Assembly: GCA_011046015.1 (NCBI GenBank)
Contig: DSBO01000048.1
Location: forward strand, 1-37,688
Direction of reading: 5' to 3'
Length of the DNA stretch: 37,688 nucleotides
DNA from: Thioalkalivibrio sp.
GTDB taxonomy: Bacteria > Pseudomonadota > Gammaproteobacteria > SpSt-1174
The position numbers were made by a program, and so were the translations under genes. The notes below the pieces were generated by a model. The model searched no databases. It saw only the letters and a list, made by a program, of their open reading frames with translations, and was not told the DNA's origin. Shown here one piece after another: positions 31,330 through 37,688 of this stretch (its first letter is position 1; every line of letters starts with the position of its first letter).

Positions 31330-31359
31330 TTGTGAAATAAGCCGGGTCTATGGTAAGGT
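31330..31359 (+). promoter_or_regulatory. Possible sigma70 promoter of tusA
   Basis: TTGTGA-18 nt-TAAGGT with an extended TGn, in an AT-rich divergent intergenic region. Confidence 0.4.
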
Positions 31360-31471
31360 GCAGCCTCTTCGGGCCCGCACATGCGCTTGCAGCGCGGTTT
31401 AACCGAGAAATAAAGCTTTATTCAGACGACCCTGTCTCTCACTGCTGACTACATAACGAACGGGAGGTCCC

Positions 31472-31702
31472 ATGACTGACTTCGCTTCCGAACTCGACGC
31501 TCGCGGCCTGAACTGCCCGCTGCCGATCCTGCGCACCAAGAAGGCCATCGCCGAACTGAACTCCGGTGACGTGCTGAAGGTTGTCGCCACCGACCCGGGT
31601 GCCGTGAAGGACTTCGAAGCCTTCTGCAAGCAGACCGGTAACGAGCTGGTCGAACACAGCGAAGCCGGCGGCGAATTCACCTTCTTCATCAAGAAGGGCT
31701 AA
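31472..31702 (+). CDS. tusA: Sulfurtransferase TusA
   Basis: LDARGLNCPLP, ATDPG, DF..FC.QTGN.L; RBS GGAGG. Confidence 0.95.
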   Translation: MTDFASELDARGLNCPLPILRTKKAIAELNSGDVLKVVATDPGAVKDFEAFCKQTGNELVEHSEAGGEFTFFIKKG

Positions 31703-31738
31703 GCACCGCCAGCTTCGAACCGGAGACCTCCGGTTCCG

Positions 31739-31773
31739 AAAAAAGCCGACCGGGAGACCGGTCGGCTTTTTTT
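31739..31773 (+). terminator. Bidirectional intrinsic terminator after tusA
   Basis: AAAAAA-GCCGACCGG-GAGA-CCGGTCGGC-TTTTTTT; preceded by a second hairpin at 31717-31736. Confidence 0.92.
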
Positions 31774-31889
31774 GTGGCATCCTGAATGGCACTGCGCCAC
31801 CGCTACCCTAGCGGGCTGCTTGTCGGGGCCTGCGACGCGTTATCGCGCAGAAAGTCAGTTGCAGTCGATAACACCCTGAGGAGAGATCG

Positions 31890-32429
31890 ATGAAAAAGTG
31901 GGCGATGTATTTGCTGTTGGCGGCACTGCCTGCCGCCAGTTCAGCGGCAGATATCTACCTGACCCTGGGTGCTGGTGCAAGCGAGTTTCGTGATGCAGGG
32001 GACATGGCGCCTGGCGCCAATGTCGACGATGAGTCGACGGCCCTGATGATCGGGGTGGGGGGCGATGTTGGAAAAGGACTGATGGTGGAAGGCGGCTACC
32101 TGAGTCTCGGTAAGGCAGAGGAAAGTGCCACCAACCTGGAATTCAAGGCACGAGCCGTCACTGCGACGGCATTGCCCTACCTGCAGGCAGGTGATGCCAG
32201 GGCCTTCGTGCGCGTTGGCGCCGCCTATTGGCAGGCTGGCAACGACTTGGTGAAGGATAGAAATGGCTGGGCACCGGTCGGGGGACTCGGCATCGAATAC
32301 ATGATATCTGAGGCGACATACCGCTGGTCGGTGCGCGCGGAGTGGATGCGTATCCTGGATATAGGCACGGATCATATCGGCAAGACAGATGTAGACGCCG
32401 CCATGTTGGGTCTAGTGTTACGCCATTAA
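31890..32429 (+). CDS. Outer-membrane beta-barrel protein (OmpA transmembrane-like, 8-strand)
   Basis: RBS GAGGAG; signal peptide; amphipathic beta strands (YLTLGAG, VEGGYLSLG, FVRVGAAYW, GLGIEY, VRAEW). Confidence 0.75.
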   Translation: MKKWAMYLLLAALPAASSAADIYLTLGAGASEFRDAGDMAPGANVDDESTALMIGVGGDVGKGLMVEGGYLSLGKAEESATNLEFKARAVTATALPYLQAGDARAFVRVGAAYWQAGNDLVKDRNGWAPVGGLGIEYMISEATYRWSVRAEWMRILDIGTDHIGKTDVDAAMLGLVLRH

Positions 32430-32754
32430 AGATCAATCAAGTCGACACATGTCCTCGACGAGGCATATCCTCTTCATCACATCCGATCCACACGATGATA
32501 GACGCGTTCAATGGGCTGAGTTGGCTGTTGTCGTGCAGATATGATGGTCGATCAACGGAGCGGTCTAGCTATCACCTCCTTCCATATGTCGCTCGTCAGG
32601 GTTGACATGTATACGGCATTGAATCGCCACCCGCCCGGTTGAAAGTTTGACTGAAATTTGCCTGCCGCCGAGAAAGCGGGGTTTACCCGGAAAACAAGAC
32701 ACGGGGTCAGGCCTTTCATCTTGCCTCAACGGGCATACGTACTAACCTCTCCCC

Positions 32755-32841
32755 ATGGCGAGGCCGTTGCGGATTGAGTTTCGTGGTGCCCTTTACCATC
32801 TCATCTCACGAGGGGAAGCTTACGTCCTGAGCGTTGCCTAG
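32755..32841 (+). pseudogene. Truncated REP-associated tyrosine transposase (RAYT/IS200-like Y1) N-terminal remnant
   Basis: Translates as MARPLRIEFRGALYHLISRGEAYVLSVA*, matching the characteristic RAYT start MARPLRIEF.GALYH...RG; stops after 28 codons; upstream GGGGTCAGGCCTTTCAT motif. Confidence 0.8.
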
Positions 32842-33086
32842 TTTTCGCGGTCGATACGCGCGAGTTCGCGGTCGAAGGCGATGTGCGTCCATGCGACCGC
32901 GAACCAGACGATTGGGCCGCAGATGAACAGCACGATGATCGATGTAGGCATGTTCTGGTCGAGAAAGGCCTCGCACTGGGGCAGCTTGGATACCACGCAG
33001 CACAGCAGCCAGGCGAGGAGCATGCCGCCGACCAGCCAGGCTGCCAGGGCGATGAGCCAGGGATAGATATCAGCGGTCGGTGACAT
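32838..33086 (-). CDS. Small hypothetical membrane protein (82 aa, two TM helices)
   Basis: Strong RBS AAGGAGG 5 nt before the ATG; two hydrophobic segments and a charged C-terminus. Confidence 0.65.
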   Translation of the reverse strand: MSPTADIYPWLIALAAWLVGGMLLAWLLCCVVSKLPQCEAFLDQNMPTSIIVLFICGPIVWFAVAWTHIAFDRELARIDREN

Positions 33087-33168
33087 GTGAGCCTCCTTGA
33101 TTAAACAGGTCAGGCTTGTCGTCCGTTACTGCTCCTCCGTGACCCGGGGTGCCGAAAAAGCCGGGGCT

Positions 33169-34617
33169 TCATCCCTGGCGTTTCCTTCCCGTCGCCATGT
33201 GAATCGCGCGTTGTCCCACCGCCAGCGCCGCCTCGTGCACTGCCTCCGACAGAGTCGGATGCGCGAACACCGTTCGCGCGAGGTCCTCGGCGGAGGCCTG
33301 GAACGCCATCGCGATGGTGGCCTCGCTGATGAGCTCCGATGCGCCGGGGCCCACGATGTGTGCGCCGAGGATGCGGTCGGTCTCGGCGCTGGCCAGCAGC
33401 TTGACGAAGCCATCAGTCTCGCCGCGGGCCTGGGCGCGGCCGCTGGCGGCCAGCGGAAACACACCCTTGTGGTAGGCCTCGCCGGCGGTCTTCAGGTCTT
33501 CCTCGGTGCGACCGACCCAGGCGATCTCTGGCTGAGTGTAGATCACCGACGGAACACAGCCGTAATCGAGCGTGGTCGACTGGCCGGCGATGCGCTCGAC
33601 CACCATGCACCCTTCCTCCGAGCCCTTGTGCGCGAGCATGGCGCCGCGTACCACGTCACCGACGGCGTACACGCCGGGCAGGTTGGTCTCGCAGAACTCG
33701 TTCACGTGGATGTAACCACGTTCGTCGAGGAGCAGGCCGCTTTCCTGAGTATAGACGTCATCCGACAGGGGGCGGCGCCCCACCGCGACGACGACGCGAT
33801 CGGCCTTGAAGGTGTGGGATTTCCCTTCGCCGTCGGTGTAGTCCAGCGTGGCCTCCGCCTTGCCGACGCGGGTCGTCATCAGCCGGCAGCCGAGCCGAAT
33901 GTCGAGCCCCTGATCACGAAGGAGCCGGAGCGCGGCCTGGGCGACCTCGCCGTCGGTGACGGGCAGGAAGCGGTCCTGTGCCTCCAGCATCACCACCTCG
34001 GCTCCCAGGCGTCGCCAGACACTGCCGAGTTCCAGTCCGATGACGCCGGCGCCGATCACCGCCAGCCGTTTGGGGACCTCGTCGAAGGCGAGCGCTCCGG
34101 TGGAATCGACCACGACCGTGCCATCCAGTGGCGCTCCGCCCAGCTCGATGGGCGTGGAGCCGGTCGCGATAATGACGTGATCGCTGGCAAGCTCTTCTGG
34201 CCGGCTCTTGCCATGGGCGGTAAAGGCCACCTTGCCCGGGCCGAGCAGCTTGCCCTCGCCCTGCAGCCAGGTGATGCCGTTGCCCTTGAACAGGCGCTCG
34301 ATGCCCCGGGTAAGTCGGTCGACCACACCCTGCTTGCGTGCATGCATGGCGGCGAGATCCAGTTCGAGCTTGCCGATGCGGATGCCGTGACCCGCGAAGC
34401 CGTTGGCCGCCAGCTCGTATTGTTCGGTCGATTCGAGCAGGGCCTTGGAGGGGATGCAGCCGGCATTGAGGCAGGTACCCCCCAGCGCGGGCTTGCCGTC
34501 CGCGGCGAGCCAGCGGTCGATGCAGGCCGTCTTCATGCCGAGCTGGGCGGCGCGGATGGCGGCCACGTAGCCGGCCGGGCCCGCGCCGATGATGATGATG
34601 TCGTAGTCTGCGCTCAT
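33169..34617 (-). CDS. lpdA: Dihydrolipoyl dehydrogenase (E3)
   Basis: GAGPAGYVAAIRAAQLG, GGTCLNAGCIPSK, GAGVIGLELG, MLAHK, HPTLSE. Confidence 0.97.
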   Translation of the reverse strand: MSADYDIIIIGAGPAGYVAAIRAAQLGMKTACIDRWLAADGKPALGGTCLNAGCIPSKALLESTEQYELAANGFAGHGIRIGKLELDLAAMHARKQGVVDRLTRGIERLFKGNGITWLQGEGKLLGPGKVAFTAHGKSRPEELASDHVIIATGSTPIELGGAPLDGTVVVDSTGALAFDEVPKRLAVIGAGVIGLELGSVWRRLGAEVVMLEAQDRFLPVTDGEVAQAALRLLRDQGLDIRLGCRLMTTRVGKAEATLDYTDGEGKSHTFKADRVVVAVGRRPLSDDVYTQESGLLLDERGYIHVNEFCETNLPGVYAVGDVVRGAMLAHKGSEEGCMVVERIAGQSTTLDYGCVPSVIYTQPEIAWVGRTEEDLKTAGEAYHKGVFPLAASGRAQARGETDGFVKLLASAETDRILGAHIVGPGASELISEATIAMAFQASAEDLARTVFAHPTLSEAVHEAALAVGQRAIHMATGRKRQG

Positions 34618-34654
34618 GATGTCCGTGTCACTGTCGCGATGGGTTGGGCGCGGA

Positions 34655-35866
34655 TCAGACTTCCAGCAGCAACCGCGCGGGATCTTCCAGCATGTCCTTG
34701 ATCGTGACCAGGAAGCGCACCGCGCTGCTGCCGTCGATCAGGCGGTGATCGTAGGACAGCGCGAGGTACATCATGGGCCGGATCACGATCTCGCCGTGCT
34801 CCACCACCGGTCGCTCCTCGATCTTGTGCATGCCGAGGATGGCGCTTTGCGGCGGGTTGAGGATGGGCGTGGACAGCAGCGAACCGAATACGCCGCCGTT
34901 GGAAAGGGTGAAGGTGCCGCCGGTGAGCTCCTCCATGTCGAGCTTTCCGTCCTGCGCGCGCTGGCTGAGGTCGGCAATCTGCTTTTCGATCCCGGCGAAG
35001 CCCAGCTGGTCGGCGTCGCGCAGGATGGGTACCACCAGCCCCCGCGGCGAGGAGACGGCCACGCCGATGTCGAAGAAGCCGTGGTAGACGATGTCATCGC
35101 CGTCGATGGAGGCGTTGACCTCGGGAAAGCGGCGCAGCGCCTCGATGCAGGCCTTGACGAAGAAGGACATGAAGCCGAGCCGCACGCCGTGGGTCTTCTC
35201 GAAACGCTCGCGATGTGTCTTGCGCAGCGCCATCACCGGGGCCATGTTGACCTCGTTGAAGGTGGTGAGCATGGCGGCGGTCTGCTGGGCCTCGAGCAGA
35301 CGCTCGGCGATGCGCTTGCGCAGGCGCGTCATGGTGACCCGTTTCTCCGGGCGCTCGCCGCTATCCAGTGCCAGCGGTGGCCGACGGGCCGGGGGGCGCG
35401 TCTCCGCAGCCGGCTGCCGGGCCGCCGGCCGAGGCTCCTCCTCGGCCGGTTTGGACTTCAGCGATTCTAGATAGGCCAGAACGTCCTCCTTGAGCACGCG
35501 ACCATCCTTGCCGCTGCCCGGGATCTGCGCCGGGTCGAGGTCATGCTCGTGCACCAGCTTGCGCACCGCGGGGCTCAGTGCAGGCGCATGACGCGCGGCC
35601 GTCCTGTCATCGTTCTTCGCTTCCTTCGCCCCTTCGTCCAGCAGTCCGATGAGCTGGCCGGCGGTGACCGTCACCCCTGCGTCCTGTTCGATCCGGCTCA
35701 GTACGCCGGCCGCGGGGGCGGGTACCTCGAGCACGACCTTGTCCGTCTCGATGTCGACGAGGTTCTCGTCCTGTTCGACGCGCTCACCCGGTTGCTTGTG
35801 CCAGGTGACGATGGTGGCGTCGGCCACCGACTCGGGTAGTGGCGGGATTCGGATCTCAGTGCTCAT
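34655..35866 (-). CDS. sucB: 2-oxoglutarate dehydrogenase E2 (dihydrolipoyl succinyltransferase)
   Basis: Lipoyl domain ETDKV, E3-binding domain SPAVRKL...[38 protein letters not shown]. Confidence 0.97.
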   Translation of the reverse strand: MSTEIRIPPLPESVADATIVTWHKQPGERVEQDENLVDIETDKVVLEVPAPAAGVLSRIEQDAGVTVTAGQLIGLLDEGAKEAKNDDRTAARHAPALSPAVRKLVHEHDLDPAQIPGSGKDGRVLKEDVLAYLESLKSKPAEEEPRPAARQPAAETRPPARRPPLALDSGERPEKRVTMTRLRKRIAERLLEAQQTAAMLTTFNEVNMAPVMALRKTHRERFEKTHGVRLGFMSFFVKACIEALRRFPEVNASIDGDDIVYHGFFDIGVAVSSPRGLVVPILRDADQLGFAGIEKQIADLSQRAQDGKLDMEELTGGTFTLSNGGVFGSLLSTPILNPPQSAILGMHKIEERPVVEHGEIVIRPMMYLALSYDHRLIDGSSAVRFLVTIKDMLEDPARLLLEV

Positions 35867-35896
35867 GTTGTTCTCGCGTCTTGTTCGGTGAGCGGG

Positions 35897-37688
35897 TCAT
35901 TCGCATTCATGGCTGGCCGGGATGAGGCCCAGCGCCTCGTCCACCAGATGTTTTTGCTGCTCCACGTGCACCCCGTGATAGCCGACGGCGGGTGAGGCCG
36001 AGTCGGGCCGCGTCACATGATGCAGGTAGTGATGTGGGCCGAGCAGGTTGCGGATGTGGTGCTGCGTGCTGTACCAGGCGCCCTGGTTGAGGGGTTCCTC
36101 CTGGCACCAGATGTAGCAGTCGGTCTTCGCATAGCGCGCGAGCACTGCCTGCAGGTCGTCCTGCGGGAACGGGTAGAGCTGTTCCAGACGGATGATCGCA
36201 ATGTCCTCACGCTCCAGTTCGCGACGGCGTTCCAGCAGGTCGTAGTACACCTTGCCACTGCACAGCACGACGCGCTCGATGCCCCTGGGGTCGAGGCCGT
36301 CGATCTCGTCGATGACGGTCTGAAACCCGCCGGCGGTGAGGTCTTCCAGGGCGTTGACCGCGAGCTTGTGTCGCAGCAGGCTCTTGGGCGACATGACCAC
36401 CAGCGGCTTGCGGTAGGCGCGCAGCATCTGCCGGCGGAGCATGTGGAAGACCTGTGCCGGGGTGCTCGGTACACAGACCTGCATGTTGTGCTGGGCGCAG
36501 AGCTGCAGGTAACGCTCCAGGCGGGCCGAGGAGTGCTCGGGGCCCTGGCCCTCGTAGCCATGGGGCAGCAGCATGGTGAGCCCGCACCGCCGCCCCCATT
36601 TCTGCTCGCCGGAGCTGATGAACTGGTCGATGACCACCTGCGCGCCGTTCGCAAAGTCGCCGAACTGTGCCTCCCAGATCACCAGCGTGTCGGGCGCGGC
36701 GGTCGCATAGCCGTACTCGAAGCCGAGCACGCCTTCTTCGGAGAGCAGCGAGTCGATGACGAGGAAGCCGGCCTGGTCTTCGGCCAGGTTGCGTAGCGGT
36801 ACATAGGTGCCGTAGCGTTTCTGGTTGTGCAGCACCGCATGGCGGTGGAAGAAGGTGCCGCGCCCCGAGTCCTGGCCCGAGAGGCGCACGGCGTATCCCT
36901 CGGTGACCAGGGTCGCGTAGGCCATGTTCTCGGCAAAGCCCCAGTCCAGCGGCAGGGCACCCTGCGCCATCTTGCGCCGGTCGTCGAGGATCTTGGCGAC
37001 CCGCGGGTTGATCTCGAAGCCCTCGGGCAGGGCCAGCATTCTTTCGGCAAGCTCGCGGATGCGCTGCTGCGTCACGGCCGTGTTGGCCGGCTCCGTCCAC
37101 TCGCGGCCGGCATAGCGCGACCAGTCCACCAGGAAGCCGCGCTCGGCCTGCTCGGTGGGCACCCACTCGGCCACCATGCAGTCGCCGGCCTCCAGGCAGG
37201 CGCGCACCTGCTGCTGTATCCCCTCGGCCTCTTCGGGCGCGAGCACCCCGTCTGTGGCCAGCCGCTCGGCATACAGCGCGCGCGTAGTGGGCAGGGCGCG
37301 GATGCGCTGGTACATCATCGGCTGGGTGGCCGCCGGCTCGTCGGCCTCGTTGTGGCCGTGGCGACGGTAGCAGAACAGGTCGATGACCACGTCCTTGCGG
37401 AAGGCCATGCGGAAGTCGAGCGCGAGCCGGGTGACGAAGGCCACGGCCTCCGGGTCGTCGCCGTTCACGTGAAAGATGGGCGCGTTGACCATCTTTACCA
37501 CGTCGGTGCAATAGTAGGTGGAGCGCGCGTCCTTCTGCGTACTGGTGGTGAAACCGATCTGGTTGTTGATGACGATGTGCACCGTGCCCTTGGTGGCGAA
37601 GCCGCGCGTCTGCGACATGTTCAGCGTCTCCATCACCACGCCCTGGGCGGCGAAGGCGGCATCGCCATGGATGAGCACGGGCAGCACC
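35897..37688 (-). CDS. sucA: 2-oxoglutarate dehydrogenase E1 (5' part outside window)
   Basis: HGDAAFAAQGVV.ET, NNQIGFTT, GHNEADEP, GQDSGRGTF.HRH, WEAQFGDFANGAQ, GPEHSSAR.ER, QEEP.NQG. Confidence 0.97.
   Translation of the reverse strand, partial: VLPVLIHGDAAFAAQGVVMETLNMSQTRGFATKGTVHIVINNQIGFTTSTQKDARSTYYCTDVVKMVNAPIFHVNGDDPEAVAFVTRLALDFRMAFRKDVVIDLFCYRRHGHNEADEPAATQPMMYQRIRALPTTRALYAERLATDGVLAPEEAEGIQQQVRACLEAGDCMVAEWVPTEQAERGFLVDWSRYAGREWTEPANTAVTQQRIRELAERMLALPEGFEINPRVAKILDDRRKMAQGALPLDWGFAENMAYATLVTEGYAVRLSGQDSGRGTFFHRHAVLHNQKRYGTYVPLRNLAEDQAGFLVIDSLLSEEGVLGFEYGYATAAPDTLVIWEAQFGDFANGAQVVIDQFISSGEQKWGRRCGLTMLLPHGYEGQGPEHSSARLERYLQLCAQHNMQVCVPSTPAQVFHMLRRQMLRAYRKPLVVMSPKSLLRHKLAVNALEDLTAGGFQTVIDEIDGLDPRGIERVVLCSGKVYYDLLERRRELEREDIAIIRLEQLYPFPQDDLQAVLARYAKTDCYIWCQEEPLNQGAWYSTQHHIRNLLGPHHYLHHVTRPDSASPAVGYHGVHVEQQKHLVDEALGLIPASHECE

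Noticed and set aside
31376-31391. Possible sigma54 promoter upstream of tusA (CGCACATGCGCTTGCA)
   Set aside because: It lacks the invariant GG at -24 with the correct spacing to the -12 GC.
32571-32581. 16S rRNA gene fragment
   Set aside because: The match is limited to the 11-nt tail and the flanks are not rRNA-like.

Overview
High-GC gammaproteobacterial chromosome segment, probably from a Chromatiales/Ectothiorhodospiraceae-like sulfur oxidiser (inferred from gene content). It is mostly core genes: class Ia ribonucleotide reductase nrdAB (nrdA cut by the window start), hemCDXY, algZ(fimS)-algR, argH, lptM-lysA, sdaA, ubiE-ubiJ-ubiB, hslVU, xerC, DUF484, dapF and sucA(partial)-sucB-lpdA. 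The most distinctive part is a sulfur module at 12-17.6 kb. A membrane histidine kinase and an NtrC-family sigma54 activator lie directly upstream of a stand-alone soxYZ. Between them are a -24/-12 promoter, a consensus IHF site and a perfect 34-bp palindrome holding two candidate enhancer sites. The soxZ 3' region has two 18-nt repeats, each followed by an ANGGAN-loop hairpin, which makes it a candidate Csr/Rsm-type or base-pairing sRNA. A monocistronic tusA with a palindrome-rich leader lies at 31.5 kb. Small mobile or repeat elements missed by the ORF track are a 128-bp element with 9-bp-periodic inverted arms, a GTAG-type REP doublet, and a 28-codon REP-associated tyrosine transposase (RAYT) remnant in a small accessory patch at 31.8-33.1 kb. 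I saw no rRNA, tRNA, CRISPR array or intact mobile element. All calls come from motif recognition by eye; no database searches were run.
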